Assembly (NCBI GenBank): GCA_965223005.1
Contig: CBDCVK010000010.1
Location: forward strand, 384,001 to 448,000
Length of the DNA stretch: 64,000 bases
Direction of reading: 5' to 3'
From: Terriglobia bacterium
Lineage (GTDB): Bacteria; Acidobacteriota; Terriglobia; JAJPHL01; JAPKYU01
Shown here: positions 20,783-32,011 of the stretch, in pieces
How the letters are laid out: each line of letters opens with the position of its first letter
Numbering within the stretch: position 1 is the first letter of the stretch
Translations under genes and position numbers: made by a program
Notes under the pieces: generated by a model
Database searches by the model: none
Told to the model about the DNA's origin: nothing
The model's input: only the letters and a program-made list of their open reading frames with translations

Positions 20783-23700
20783 CTACTCTGCGCGCAAGGC
20801 GGGCAACAGAGGAGAACGCATCGCGGCCATCGTTGCCAGCACGGATGCCGCCACCCCAGTCACAAGCACGGCGAGCAGCATCAAGCCCAGCGACAGGGCA
20901 GGAAACTGACTGCCGCGGATAACGAATGGCGGCGCGATAGCCAGCAATGCTGAGACTGCGCCGGTCACCAATCCGCCGAAGAGCAGTAGCGCATTCTCTG
21001 CGATCACGATCAAACCCAGATCCGCCGAGCGGAACCCGAGAGCCCGCAAAAGCGCCAGTTCCCGTCGCCTTTCCAGAACGTTGCGCAACAAGACGGCGGC
21101 CAGCCCGAGCGTTCCCAGCAGCAGACCTAAGCCCCCCAGGGTCTGGAACGTGGAAATGTAAGTGTTCTCCACGCGATGGAAAGCAGCCAGCAAACCTTCG
21201 GTTGAAACGACATCAAACCCGTAATCAGCCAGGCCTTCCTCCAGCACCCCGGTCAACGGCTCGACCTGGTGAGAAGGCATGTCGAGCAGGAAGAAGCGGG
21301 ATCCCTGCTGGTGCGGGAAAAGGCGCAGGAAATGCTTTTCCAAAATCAGAAGTTCCCTTTGAAAAACGCTGTCTGCCAGCGCGCCAACCATGCGCATTCG
21401 GACCGGGCGGTCCGTCTCCCGCTCGAAGAGGAATTCGTCGCCTAGCTTGAGATGGAGAACGTACTCCATTGAGTTGAAGTCGGCGATGGCGGGGATTGCT
21501 CCGTCGGCTTGCTCCGTCTCGAGAAGCAGCCAAGGATTTTCCTTTTCCTCAGGAGTGCTGGCCAGAGACTTCTGAAAAGAGAAACGACCGCTCTTGATGA
21601 AGGCGCTGGAGGCAGCCAAGATTCGCGGATTCTGAGGCCGGTACAGATTCAGGCAGCTGGCATCGTCTCCGGGTTTCAGCCGAAACGGCACGAACGTCAC
21701 CTTTTCGAGCGCCGAGGTTTCGCTTGCCGACAGATTCAGGCCTTCCTTGCCGGAATTTGTGTTCAAGTCGTAGTGGACCGGAAGGAGCGATTCTGCCAGG
21801 AGCGGAAAGCCGCCGGTGCCTGACTTTGGGTCAAGAATGGCCGGCTCGCTCGGCCGGAAGGCCCCTACGGCAACGATGATGAATGTGGCCGAGGCAATGA
21901 GGGCGATCGAGAGGATACTCCGTCCCGGGCGATGGGTGGTGTTGCGGAACCCTAGCCGCGACACGCCCTGCGCTCCACTTCCGCTAAGAAGTGACCTTCG
22001 ACCCTTCACAAGCCAGCCCCATTGATAAGAAAGGAAGGCCAACAACAGAACAATGCCGGCGCCAAAAAAGCCGGCCACTTGCCCAATCCATTGTCTGGAC
22101 GCGCTCACTAGAAGTACGCAACCGAGCAGGCTGAATGTGACACCCAGCCAGAATGCCCTCTGGCTTTTCGAAGCAGACTGGCGAGCACTTTCAACCGTGC
22201 CACTCAGCAGGCCGCGCGGTGTCGTTGGCCGAAGGCCCCGCAGAGTCCACGCGATGGAAATGATGGCCATCAGAATGCCGCCCACCCCGCCCAGGACCAG
22301 TGAGGTAAAGGAAATGTGCAAGGTCAGGAGTCTGGTGCCTACCGCAGCTGCCCACCAGGTACGTAACCCGTGCATGATGAGCCAGCCGTAGGCGAGGGCG
22401 CCGACCAGGCCCAGCAAACTGCCGGCCGTCGCCAGGGTGAGACCTTCTGTCAAGAAGAGAGCCCGAATTTTGGCGCTGGGGAAACCAATAGCTCGAAGAA
22501 TGCCGATCTCGGCCAGACGCTGTTCCACTCCTAATTTGAAGAAGAGTCCCGTAAGCAGCAGCGCGGAAATCACCAGGAAAAAGCTGAAATAAAGAAAATA
22601 TTCTCCAAAATCGGTAGCTCCTCGAGATGCCTGGAGCCCCTGAGCCCTCACTGCGGAAATGGAGAAGCCCATCTGGACGGGGTCTAGCGCGGTCTTCAGG
22701 CTCTTTCGGTAGGACTTCAGCGCTGCCTGTAGCTGGTCGGATCCGGAATCTGTGGTCGGCGCGGCTGCTGGCTCCTCAACAAATAGGCGCAGCGAGGTTA
22801 GCTTTCCGAAGCGCGACTGCCAGAGCTCCTGTCCCTTTTCCAGCGGGACAAAAGCTTTCGGCGTAGTTCCGTATTGGTCCCAATACTGCTCGTCCTGGTG
22901 CCGGATACGACCCAAGTCGATGGGAAACGGGGGGTCCCAATCCCCCAGGTTGTCCGAGTCTGTAATTCCTGGATATTGTGGAGCCAAATCCGCATCGCCT
23001 GCGACCCCTTCGATGGGAACTATGCCAGTAAGTTGAAATTGCGCCTTGCGGGTCAGGAGGCGCCCCTGTTCTTCCCAAACGTAGTATTCCAGCGAGACAA
23101 TTTGGCCGACCCGGGCAGCCAGGTCGCGCGCTGACCAATCGTTCAGCACGATCGTCGGCAACGACGCGCGAGGGGATGGTTGCGGCGCTTTCCGTGTCGC
23201 CCCGCGTTGCAGTTGCTCGTAGCCTTTGCGATCTATTGCGGTCACCAGCGAATAAGGGATTTCGCGCGAACCGGAACGGATACTGTTCGCCAGATACGTG
23301 AAAATGGCCGAGCTGTGCAGGCGCAGGCGGTTGGCTGTCGCGCGGGCCGCTTGCGCCAGAGGATCGCCGATCAGTCCGCTGTCGCTTTCCAGCACCAAGC
23401 AGTGGCGATGTTCCAGCACGCTGAGCTGGATCCCCAGGTCTCCCAGAGTGGAGGTGTCTTTCAAGAGTTTTCCGAGCAGCTCCAGCCTGGCTGCGCTGAC
23501 TGCATCCGTTCGCCCAGTCCCCGGGTCTCTCTCCGACACCAGAATGGTATTGACCTTGCCTTTCAACCCCAACTCCTGCTGCAACCGCCGCAACGGGACA
23601 AAGACGGCGCGAACCTGGCCTTGCTGAGGATGGATGGAAAACTCCCCAAGAGCTGAGGCAGGAAGTATCCCGCGAAGGGTCAATCGGATGGTACTGCCGA

Positions 23701-24226
23701 TGCTACCTTTTCGGCCGTGCAGCCACTCAGCGGGAACGGCCTCGGGCTTTTGGATTGTGACCAGAATGAAATCTCCGGTTTTGCTTCCCAACTCCTGCGC
23801 CAGTGCACTGCTGAGGAAACCCTCGCGATTGCCGAGACGTTTCGCTCCTGGATCTCCATGAAACTTCCAAAACCGTTCATCCACGCCGTACACTCGGACA
23901 CCAGAACCGCGGCGGCCGCTTTCCTGGTGCCTGACGAGTCCTTCCAGCATAATCAGCGGGCATGCCGCCCGGAAGGCCTCCGAGAACCTGCCATGCAGTT
24001 GCAGATCGACGGCCAGCCTTTCGCGGAAGAAGCTGGAGGAAGAAATAGCGTGGTCCGCCCTTCCCAGTCGCAGCAGGAACAAGTCTCGCAAACTGGCGCC
24101 GACGGAATCTCCTACCAGCAATGCGCCAGCCAGCACTGCCACACCAATGGACACTCCCGCCACAACCGCCAGGTTGGTGCGCCAGTAGTAGGTAAGACTA
24201 CGCTTGAGGAGGGTGGCTGTCCGCAT
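20783..24226 (-). CDS. Large FtsX/MacB-like ABC transporter permease (duplicated permease unit)
   Basis: Two 'R..E..ILRAIGF' / '[14 protein letters not shown]' FtsX signatures, multiple TM segments, two large periplasmic domains. Confidence 0.9.
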   Translation of the reverse strand: MRTATLLKRSLTYYWRTNLAVVAGVSIGVAVLAGALLVGDSVGASLRDLFLLRLGRADHAISSSSFFRERLAVDLQLHGRFSEAFRAACPLIMLEGLVRHQESGRRGSGVRVYGVDERFWKFHGDPGAKRLGNREGFLSSALAQELGSKTGDFILVTIQKPEAVPAEWLHGRKGSIGSTIRLTLRGILPASALGEFSIHPQQGQVRAVFVPLRRLQQELGLKGKVNTILVSERDPGTGRTDAVSAARLELLGKLLKDTSTLGDLGIQLSVLEHRHCLVLESDSGLIGDPLAQAARATANRLRLHSSAIFTYLANSIRSGSREIPYSLVTAIDRKGYEQLQRGATRKAPQPSPRASLPTIVLNDWSARDLAARVGQIVSLEYYVWEEQGRLLTRKAQFQLTGIVPIEGVAGDADLAPQYPGITDSDNLGDWDPPFPIDLGRIRHQDEQYWDQYGTTPKAFVPLEKGQELWQSRFGKLTSLRLFVEEPAAAPTTDSGSDQLQAALKSYRKSLKTALDPVQMGFSISAVRAQGLQASRGATDFGEYFLYFSFFLVISALLLTGLFFKLGVEQRLAEIGILRAIGFPSAKIRALFLTEGLTLATAGSLLGLVGALAYGWLIMHGLRTWWAAAVGTRLLTLHISFTSLVLGGVGGILMAIISIAWTLRGLRPTTPRGLLSGTVESARQSASKSQRAFWLGVTFSLLGCVLLVSASRQWIGQVAGFFGAGIVLLLAFLSYQWGWLVKGRRSLLSGSGAQGVSRLGFRNTTHRPGRSILSIALIASATFIIVAVGAFRPSEPAILDPKSGTGGFPLLAESLLPVHYDLNTNSGKEGLNLSASETSALEKVTFVPFRLKPGDDASCLNLYRPQNPRILAASSAFIKSGRFSFQKSLASTPEEKENPWLLLETEQADGAIPAIADFNSMEYVLHLKLGDEFLFERETDRPVRMRMVGALADSVFQRELLILEKHFLRLFPHQQGSRFFLLDMPSHQVEPLTGVLEEGLADYGFDVVSTEGLLAAFHRVENTYISTFQTLGGLGLLLGTLGLAAVLLRNVLERRRELALLRALGFRSADLGLIVIAENALLLFGGLVTGAVSALLAIAPPFVIRGSQFPALSLGLMLLAVLVTGVAASVLATMAAMRSPLLPALRAE

Positions 24227-24891
24227 TACGCTCGTTGGAGCTGTCCTCCAACCAATTCAAATCGTACGGGGAACCTAGCGGCCAGCTCGGTGCTGTGGGT
24301 GACCATCACTAGGATGGTCTCCTGACGTTGGTGCAGGTCCAGCAACAGGGAGGCCACCCCTTGGGCCGAACGGCGATCCAGATTGCCCGTTGGCTCGTCG
24401 CAGAGCAGCAACAACGGCTCCATGAGGAGCGCGCGCGCCAGAGCCACCCGCTGCTTTTCACCGCCGGAGAGTTCGGCTGGGCGGTGCTCGAGGCGTTCCG
24501 CCAAGCCCACCTGCTCCAGCAGACTCTGTGCCCGAGCAACATAATCGTTGCCTGGGCCTGCGACCAAACTCGGAGTTAGCACGTTCTCAAGAACCGAGCA
24601 CTGCGGCAGCAGGCAGTGGTCCTGGAAGACAAACCCGATTTTCTTATTCCGGAATGCGGCCAGCTCGGTTTCGCTCAGTTCAAACGGGTTCTCGCCGTCC
24701 AAGCTGACCGTTCCCGCGCTGGGCGGTTCCAAGGCACCGAGGATATACAGCAAGGTGCTCTTGCCGCTGCCTGACGGCCCCATGATCGAGACCGCCTCTC
24801 CGCGGGAGAGAGAAACGTTTATTCCGGAAAGGATCGATAGTGGGCCCCGCGGACCGGGGTATTCCTTGGTGAGGTTGGCGACTTCGAGCAA
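24226..24891 (-). CDS. LolD/MacB-like ABC transporter ATP-binding protein
   Basis: GPSGSGKST, IGFVFQ, LSGGEKQRVALARAL, DEPTGNLD, VTH. Start placed at TTG (LLEVANL). Confidence 0.93.
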   Translation of the reverse strand: MLEVANLTKEYPGPRGPLSILSGINVSLSRGEAVSIMGPSGSGKSTLLYILGALEPPSAGTVSLDGENPFELSETELAAFRNKKIGFVFQDHCLLPQCSVLENVLTPSLVAGPGNDYVARAQSLLEQVGLAERLEHRPAELSGGEKQRVALARALLMEPLLLLCDEPTGNLDRRSAQGVASLLLDLHQRQETILVMVTHSTELAARFPVRFELVGGQLQRA

Positions 24892-24919
24892 AGGGCAAGA
24901 CCTCGGCCGAGCCGTTCGT

Positions 24920-26251
24920 TCAATTGCACTCGGCCACTGTGGTGCGCTGTTGAGGCTGTCTCTCCGCGCTCTGAAGGGTCGCGTAGACCTCCAGGGCGCG
25001 GCCGGCCATGCCAGCGACGCTGTAGTGCTCGCGAACTCCGTTGGAGCCATTGCGCCCCAGTTCCGTCGCCCAGGCCGGATCTTTCCAGATGGCCAGAATT
25101 CCCTCGGCCAGACGGTCGCAATCATCCGGTTCCACCAGCAATCCCCCCGACGTTTTGGCGATGATTTCCGCGAAGGTGCCCCGCCTGGGCTGAACCACCG
25201 GCACACCGTTGGCCATTGCTTCTAGCAAGTAGATGCCCTTGTGTTCGCTGTAGGTGCTCGGAACGCAAAGCACGTCCAGATTTTGAAGAAACCGGATTTT
25301 TGCGTCTCTGTCCAGAATGCCTCGGTAGCGGAACTCCCCGTCCAGGCCCCACTCCCCCATCTGTCTCTCGATGGCACGCAGATAGTCTTGATGTTCGGGG
25401 GCCAGGTAACCAGCCACCTCCAGCGTGGCCGCGGGCAGGTTGTCTCCTTGCCGCAGGCGCCTGTACGACTCGCACAGCACGTGCAATCCTTTTTCTGGAG
25501 TGATCCGAGCAAAGTAGCCGACAGTGAAACAGTTGGACCGCTGGCGGCTGCTGACTGCATATCCTTTCAAGTTGATTCCCAATGGCACCACGTGCATTTT
25601 GCCGTCGGGTATGCCCAGATACTTAGACATGAATTCGGCGCTGTATTCGCTCACCGGCAAGAAAGCATCCACAAACTCAACGTTCGCCCGAATCAAATCC
25701 AGAGCGGCGCTCCGGTAGGGCTCCGCGAGGCCTTCCAGAAATACATTCTCGCCCTGCAGGGTGCAGCAGACCGGACAGCCCAGCGCCTTTTTCAAGGGAC
25801 GCGCCAGCCCAATAAGGAGGGAGTTCGGAAGGTTGACGACGTCGGGGGAACTCTGCGTTTCGAGCCAGTGCAGCAATTTGAGGAATTCCTTGCGTTGGAA
25901 GCCCTCCTCGCCCTTCAACACTGAGATCGTGAGTTCGCCCAGCAGGCGGGGCTCGGTGTGGACCCAGCGCCGGGTGGCCGCCTGCAGCACTAGGCGAGAG
26001 TCCCACAGCCTGTCCAGCAGCCAGGGCGTCTTGCGGAACAGAGCCAAGCGTTGCTGAAGGTACACACTAATTCCCCCGAAGAACACTCTGCTCTGGCTGA
26101 CGTTCGGCTCGTCGGTCCGAGTGGGTGTATAAATGGGGAGAAGGATCACTTCATGGCCTTGGGACATCAACTCTGCCGCCAGAGCGTTATCCCGAAGACA
26201 ACTTCCACAGTACATTCGGGCGGCACCGGCGGTGATCAGGAGGATCTTCAT
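24920..26251 (-). CDS. GT4-family glycosyltransferase with N-terminal MYCGSC motif
   Basis: GYFARITPEKG and EHKGIYLLEAMANGVPVV (GT-B ExxGxxxxEA); N-terminal AGAARMYCGSCLRDN. Confidence 0.88.
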   Translation of the reverse strand: MKILLITAGAARMYCGSCLRDNALAAELMSQGHEVILLPIYTPTRTDEPNVSQSRVFFGGISVYLQQRLALFRKTPWLLDRLWDSRLVLQAATRRWVHTEPRLLGELTISVLKGEEGFQRKEFLKLLHWLETQSSPDVVNLPNSLLIGLARPLKKALGCPVCCTLQGENVFLEGLAEPYRSAALDLIRANVEFVDAFLPVSEYSAEFMSKYLGIPDGKMHVVPLGINLKGYAVSSRQRSNCFTVGYFARITPEKGLHVLCESYRRLRQGDNLPAATLEVAGYLAPEHQDYLRAIERQMGEWGLDGEFRYRGILDRDAKIRFLQNLDVLCVPSTYSEHKGIYLLEAMANGVPVVQPRRGTFAEIIAKTSGGLLVEPDDCDRLAEGILAIWKDPAWATELGRNGSNGVREHYSVAGMAGRALEVYATLQSAERQPQQRTTVAECN

Positions 26252-26449
26252 CTCAAGGCGCTGGCCGGATCAAAATGCCATTGCCCAATGTTGCGGACCC
26301 ACGCGTCCAGCGTGTCTCGAGACGCTTCGGTTCTCAGTTGCAGGTCCGCTTCGACAACGTGCTTCACTATTGCTGGACGCTGTAGTATAGGTATAGTTCG
26401 TTTCGCCCGCATTGTCGCTTACGTGCAAAACGCTGTCAAGAAGGGCTCC

Positions 26450-29400
26450 GTGCACGCGAGAATCGGCCTGGCCTGGATTCTTTCACTGATTCTGCTGTCC
26501 TTCCCGGCGCACGCTCAATCCCTCCATGGTTCTGTGAGCGGGCTGGTCACCGACCCTTCGATGGCCCCTGTTTCCGAGGTCCGGATCACGCTGGTTCACC
26601 AGGACACGAATAAGACGCGAAGCGCGGTTAGTGACGCGCAGGGCGAGTTCGTTATTTCGTCGCTGCCGCTTGGTTCCTATCGCCTGGAAGCCGAACTTTC
26701 TGGCTACAGGAAGCACGTCCAAAATCTGGTTCTACAGGTCAACCAGGAGTTACGGATTGAAGTGGCATTGCACTTGGGTAGCGTGAAGGAAACGGTGGTT
26801 GTGACGGGAACTCCCGCCCTGCTGAGAACGCAGTCGGCAGCGCTTGGCGTCGTGATTGAAAACCGGCAAATCCTCGGCCTCCCCCTGGACGGTCGCAACT
26901 TTTTAGAACTCAGTCTGCTGCTTCCGGGGGCGGTTCCCGCCGCCCAAGGTTCAGCCGCTTCCGTTCGGGGAGACGCCATCCATTTCAATGGGGCGCGGGA
27001 AGACTCAAATCATTTTCTTCTGGACGGTGTCTATAATGGCGATCCCGAACTCAACGGGCTTAATGTCAATCCCCCGGTCGACGCAATCCAGGAATTTGAG
27101 GTTCTGACCAGCACCTACGACGCTTCCTTCGGACGCAATGTCGGGGGACAGGTCAACGTTGTCTTGAAATCCGGCACCAATAAGGTGCATGGAAGCGTGT
27201 ACGCATTTCTCCGAAACAAATCTGTGGGTGCCCGCAGTTTTTTCGTCCCTCCGAACCCACAATATCAGAGGAATCAATTTGGTTTCTCGCTGGGCGGGCC
27301 CGTCCGCAAGGACGGGACGTTCTTTTTTGTCGATTATGAAGGTCGCCGTGAGCGCGAGGGAATCACCCGCGGCGCCGTTGTCCCGACGCTTCAGGAACGC
27401 GGGGGCGATTTCTCCCTGAGCCGTTTGGAGGTTCCCATCGATCCGTTCACCGGAGCGCCCTTTCCGGATGGCAAAATCCCGGAACAGCGTTTCCATCCCA
27501 TCGGCCGCAATATTGCTGCCTTGTTTCCAGAGCCCAACCGGCCTACCACGCCGCAGAACTTCGTTTCCTCTCCGTCGCGGCGGGATCGAGAAGATCACTT
27601 CGACGCGCGGCTGGATCACTCCCTGGGGCAGTCTGCCGATTTGTCGTTCCGCTATAGTCTTGCCGACGGGACGCGTTTCGAGCCCTTCTCCGGACCCCAG
27701 TTTGCTGCTGTTCCCGGCTACGGAACGGACGTGCCGCGGAGAGGCCAAAACCTGATGCTGAGCGGCATCCACATTGTCTCGCCCGTCTTCCTGCACGAGG
27801 TCCGCGCCGGATTCAACCGGGTGGCTGCCGGCGCCTTCCATGAGAACCAGGGAAAGAGCGTAAACCGTTTGGTGGGCTTGCCGGAACTTTCCAGCAAGCC
27901 GCGAGATTTTGGTCTCAGTTTCATTACCGTGTCCGGATTTTCTCCACTGGGAGATGAGTTTAATAATCCCCAGAATAGAGTCTTGAACACCTTCCAATTG
28001 TTGGATCACGCCACATACTCGCATGGGCGACATGTGTTGAAATTCGGCTTCGGTTTCCGGGCCCTGCAGCAGAATGCGTTTCGCGACGTGCAATCGCGAG
28101 GCTTCCTCAACTTTGTCGGTCTGACTCGAAATCCGCTCGCAGACCTGCTGCTGGGGTTTCCCACACTTACCGGCGGTGCGCGTCTGGACAATCACCAGCA
28201 CCTCCGTACGGAGAGCTATGACTTCTACGTCCATGACACTTATCGGATCCGTCCCAATCTGACCCTTACAGCAGGAATCCGTTATGAATATACCTCGCCG
28301 CCAGTGGACGCGGAGGACCGGGCCAATGTCTACGACCCGGCAACGCAGACTTTGGTCCCGGTAGGCTCAGGCGGAATACCGCGGAGCGGGTATAAGGCCG
28401 ACAAGAACAACTGGGGCCCCCGACTGGGCGTCGCCTGGAGCCCAGGGAACAGAGGCACCGTCCTGCGGGCAGGCTATGGAATCTATTTCGACCAGTCGTC
28501 GCTGGCTCCGGGAGAGGGACTTTATTTCAACGCCCCATTTTTCGATTTCAAGCTGTATTTCCCCCTTCCTCCAGATTTCCTCTTTCCAGGTTTCCCCGGT
28601 TTTGCGCTGACCTTGGACGATCCATTTCCCGAATTCTTTCCGCTGCCGTTGCCTTCTTCGGCTTTAGCGTTTCAGAGAGATTTGCGGAGCCCTCACGTCC
28701 AGCACTGGAATCTGAACATCCAGCAGAAACTGGGCGAGCGGCGCGTTCTGGAGGTGGCCTATGTGGGTTCCAAGGGAACGAAGTTGCTGACCGCGCGCGA
28801 TATCAATCAACCCCGCCCAAGCGCGCTGCAGCCCAATCCGCGGCCGGTGCTTCAGTTTGACGACATCAATCTTCTGGAGTCTCGCAGCAACTCTACTTAT
28901 CATGCGTTCCAGGTTCGATTCCAGCAGCGCCTGCATCGGGGGCTGTCGCTTCTAACCGCCTACACCTGGTCGAAATCTTTGGACGACGCTTCCAGTTTTT
29001 TCTCCAGCGCCGGCGATCCCAACTTTCCCCAGGACAGCGAGAATGTTCGAGCCGAGCGAGGCCGGTCCAATTTTGACGTCCGGCATCGTCTTTCCGTCGG
29101 TTATTCCTACGATCTGCCGATTGGCACGCAGGGAGCGGTTTTGAATCGTTTAGGTTGGCTTTCCACCGTGCTGGAAGGTTGGCAGACTCACGGCATATTG
29201 ACCTTCCAGAGCGGGCGCCCTTTCACTGTGGCGCTGCTTCCAGAGAACGACAACAGCAATACCGGCCGGTCCATACTGGGCTTTGGGGCCAATGATCGGC
29301 CCGACCGGATGGGCAATGGGAAACTAGATCATCCAACGCCAGAGCGGTGGTTCGACACAGACGCTTTTTCCATTCCGCCCCGGGGTCGTTTTGGGAATTC

Positions 29401-29632
29401 CGGCAGGAATATCTTGGAAGGTCCCGGCCTTCAGACCGTCAATTTGTCGCTGCTGAAGAACATAGTCCTCAAGGAGGGCTGGACGTTCCAAATACGGGCC
29501 GAGACCTTCAACCTTTTTAATCGAGCTAATTTTGATCTGCCGGATATCTTTGTGGGTTCGCCCACTTTTGGCCGTATTTTGTCAGCGCAGAATCCACGTC
29601 GAATCCAATTTGGTCTGAAACTTTTATTCTAG
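26450..29632 (+). CDS. TonB-dependent receptor, Acidobacteria/Oar type
   Basis: Signal peptide ...PAHA-QS, LPLDGRNFLELSLL, YDASFGRNVGG, KSGTN, C-terminal RRIQFGLKLLF. Start placed at GTG 26450. Confidence 0.92.
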   Translation: MHARIGLAWILSLILLSFPAHAQSLHGSVSGLVTDPSMAPVSEVRITLVHQDTNKTRSAVSDAQGEFVISSLPLGSYRLEAELSGYRKHVQNLVLQVNQELRIEVALHLGSVKETVVVTGTPALLRTQSAALGVVIENRQILGLPLDGRNFLELSLLLPGAVPAAQGSAASVRGDAIHFNGAREDSNHFLLDGVYNGDPELNGLNVNPPVDAIQEFEVLTSTYDASFGRNVGGQVNVVLKSGTNKVHGSVYAFLRNKSVGARSFFVPPNPQYQRNQFGFSLGGPVRKDGTFFFVDYEGRREREGITRGAVVPTLQERGGDFSLSRLEVPIDPFTGAPFPDGKIPEQRFHPIGRNIAALFPEPNRPTTPQNFVSSPSRRDREDHFDARLDHSLGQSADLSFRYSLADGTRFEPFSGPQFAAVPGYGTDVPRRGQNLMLSGIHIVSPVFLHEVRAGFNRVAAGAFHENQGKSVNRLVGLPELSSKPRDFGLSFITVSGFSPLGDEFNNPQNRVLNTFQLLDHATYSHGRHVLKFGFGFRALQQNAFRDVQSRGFLNFVGLTRNPLADLLLGFPTLTGGARLDNHQHLRTESYDFYVHDTYRIRPNLTLTAGIRYEYTSPPVDAEDRANVYDPATQTLVPVGSGGIPRSGYKADKNNWGPRLGVAWSPGNRGTVLRAGYGIYFDQSSLAPGEGLYFNAPFFDFKLYFPLPPDFLFPGFPGFALTLDDPFPEFFPLPLPSSALAFQRDLRSPHVQHWNLNIQQKLGERRVLEVAYVGSKGTKLLTARDINQPRPSALQPNPRPVLQFDDINLLESRSNSTYHAFQVRFQQRLHRGLSLLTAYTWSKSLDDASSFFSSAGDPNFPQDSENVRAERGRSNFDVRHRLSVGYSYDLPIGTQGAVLNRLGWLSTVLEGWQTHGILTFQSGRPFTVALLPENDNSNTGRSILGFGANDRPDRMGNGKLDHPTPERWFDTDAFSIPPRGRFGNSGRNILEGPGLQTVNLSLLKNIVLKEGWTFQIRAETFNLFNRANFDLPDIFVGSPTFGRILSAQNPRRIQFGLKLLF

Positions 29633-29697
29633 GGAGTGAGGGGTTCCGGGAGCATCCGCTGACTCGTGATCGATCCAGGCTTGAGAAGAGGCGGGGT

Positions 29698-31260
29698 TTA
29701 ATCCGCCGAGATTCTAAAGCACGCCATTTCCGTGCCGTTGCGGACCAGGAGTCGGCCTCCGTCCATGGCCGGATAATTCCAGGTCTTTCCGATAATAGCA
29801 GAAAAGCGGGCCAGTTCCAGGTGTCGCTCGGGAGTAGCCTTGACTAGCGCTACATCTCCCTGTTCACTGAGCACAATCAGGTGGCCGCTGGCTAGCAGCA
29901 ACTGGCCGTAGCCGTAGCGCCCACCCTTCCACACGCGCTGTCCCGTTTCTGCATTGACGCAGGCCAGGATCCCCTCGTCCAGGCCGTAGATGTGGCCTGC
30001 ATAGAGCACCGAACTGTTAAACTTGTTTTTCATCGAATTGTTTTCCCAAACGGTTCGGGCGCGAAAGCCGTTTCCGGTCCTGGCCACTTCCACTACTGTC
30101 GCACCATGCCCGTAGCCGGCCGACAGGAAAAAGCGATTTTCGTCGAGCACGATGGGCTGGGCGGCGTTAATGTCATAGTTGGTGACCCAGGGGTGATCCC
30201 AGAGCACCGAGCCATCTTCCACCGTCAGGCCCATAGCCCGCCGAGCGCTCACGACCAGGATTTGCCTCTGACCGGCCAGCGTGACCAGCATTGGTGAAGT
30301 GTAGGCCTGTTTGTCGTTGAGCGCTTTCCAGATGTATTCTCCAGTTCGCTTGTGGTAGGCGACCACCGACTTGCCCGTGCCACCGGGAAGCACAATTAAT
30401 TTCTCGTCCACGACGAGTGGCGAGGCGGACATTCCCCAGGTCAGATTCTGGCTTTGGTTGTCGGTCAGGATATTGCGCGACCAGATCAGCTTGCCCGATG
30501 TCGCCTCCAGGCAGCGAAGCTCGCCGATGGCACCCAGCGCGTAGAGGCGTCCTTCATGCCAGGTCGGGGTGGCTCGCGGTCCGTCCCCGCCCATGGCTTC
30601 ACGGAACTCTGCGTTCCAGGCGTGTGTCCACAACTCGCGGCCGGTCTCGAGGTCATAGGCAGCCACGACCTCTTGGCGCCGGCGTTGCTCGATTGTGAAA
30701 GCCTTCCCTTCTGCTATGACAAATGAAGCGTAACCGCCCCCGATCGGTTGCTTCCAGAGCAGAGGGAGTCCTCCGGACGGCCAATCCGTAAGGATCTGCT
30801 TCTCGTAGCGGCCGTCCCGTTTCGGTCCGCGATAATCCGTCCAGTAGGAGCCGAGCGCAGACGCTGAAGTGGTCCCTGCGGGAATCGTCGTTGCAGTTTC
30901 GGCGGCGACCGTATCTATCCCTGCGCCGCTCGCTGTCCCACGGACAGGACTGCCCGGTGCTGGCGAGGCTTCAAAGTCCACGGCACGATGTTCGGAGCGA
31001 TTCCGTTCCAGTTCCGTGTAGTGATCGCGTTCTTGAAAGGAGAAGATCGGGTAGAGGCCGCTGCCGTCCCGTTCGATCCTGAGGCCGAAAACCACCTGGA
31101 GATACACGACCCCTAGCATCAGAATCACTGCGGACCCAAGGACCTTGCGCCGCAGGCGCGTTTCAGAGCGCAACCAGAGCAGTACAAGTCCCACTGGAGG
31201 CAACAGAACCGAGGCCACCAGCAAAGTAGCTAGAGGCCGAGGCCAAGGAGTGGATGGCAT
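29698..31260 (-). CDS. Membrane-anchored PQQ-like beta-propeller repeat protein
   Basis: Two N-terminal TM segments, WTDYRGPKRDG, GDGPRATP, SASPLV, KTWNYP. Confidence 0.87.
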   Translation of the reverse strand: MPSTPWPRPLATLLVASVLLPPVGLVLLWLRSETRLRRKVLGSAVILMLGVVYLQVVFGLRIERDGSGLYPIFSFQERDHYTELERNRSEHRAVDFEASPAPGSPVRGTASGAGIDTVAAETATTIPAGTTSASALGSYWTDYRGPKRDGRYEKQILTDWPSGGLPLLWKQPIGGGYASFVIAEGKAFTIEQRRRQEVVAAYDLETGRELWTHAWNAEFREAMGGDGPRATPTWHEGRLYALGAIGELRCLEATSGKLIWSRNILTDNQSQNLTWGMSASPLVVDEKLIVLPGGTGKSVVAYHKRTGEYIWKALNDKQAYTSPMLVTLAGQRQILVVSARRAMGLTVEDGSVLWDHPWVTNYDINAAQPIVLDENRFFLSAGYGHGATVVEVARTGNGFRARTVWENNSMKNKFNSSVLYAGHIYGLDEGILACVNAETGQRVWKGGRYGYGQLLLASGHLIVLSEQGDVALVKATPERHLELARFSAIIGKTWNYPAMDGGRLLVRNGTEMACFRISAD

Positions 31261-31359
31261 GAGATTTTCTTGGTCTCCCGTTGTTTCGAGAAGAGGACCC
31301 CGAATGACGCCGCGCGATCCGACTTCAACTGGAGTCTGGCCCGTCCTATCTCCTGCCAT

Positions 31360-31388
31360 AGTATAACCTCGCGCGATGCGCGCGGCAA
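31360..31388 (-). promoter_or_regulatory. Putative sigma70 promoter
   Basis: TTGCCG-17 nt-TATACT on the minus strand; its position favours the ATG at 31260 over 31359. Confidence 0.55.
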
Positions 31389-31501
31389 ACGGAGTCGGTC
31401 CGCCGCTATGAATGGTTCAAGGAGCGCCGAGCGTTGGACTCCATCAACGTTGCCACCTTTTACCATTCGCTTGGCGTTGCTACGCAATGGTGGGGACGCC
31501 T

Positions 31502-32011
31502 CTAGGGCTGCGTTTGATCTGCGGCTGGTGCAGGGGTTTCCGGAGCCGGGGCTGGAGGCGCTGGTGTCTCCACACCCGCCGCATCGCCTGGCGTCTCCGG
31601 GGCGACAGCCTGGCGAAACTGTCTCATCATCTGCTGCAGCAAATCGAGCGTGGTGGGGTCTCCCTTGGTCAGGCCCACCGTCACCGAATCGCGCATCCGT
31701 AGGACCGACCCTAAAGCGAACTGCAACTTCGGCTGGGTATTCCGCGGCATTTCCAGGCGTACCTGGTCGAAGAACTTGGTGGAAAGTTCTTGCGCTTCTC
31801 CGTAGTCCCGCGCGGCGGTTTTCTCAATCAAGTGAAGCAGGCGGTTTTGAAGTTTGCAGATTCGGACGTGCGCCTCTGCCTCGTTCAGCTGCCCTCTGAC
31901 CAACTGCAATTCACCGTTCGCCGTCACCAGGCGCTGGTGTTCGGGCCAGTACCCGACGATGTAGGCGACAACAAGCAGCACGACTACGACCAGGGTGAGT
32001 TTCGCCTTCAT
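31502..32011 (-). CDS. Hypothetical membrane-anchored coiled-coil protein with Pro/Ala-rich tail
   Basis: GGAGGAG RBS, N-terminal TM helix, helical body, PAPPAPAPETPAPA tail. Confidence 0.75.
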   Translation of the reverse strand: MKAKLTLVVVVLLVVAYIVGYWPEHQRLVTANGELQLVRGQLNEAEAHVRICKLQNRLLHLIEKTAARDYGEAQELSTKFFDQVRLEMPRNTQPKLQFALGSVLRMRDSVTVGLTKGDPTTLDLLQQMMRQFRQAVAPETPGDAAGVETPAPPAPAPETPAPAADQTQP

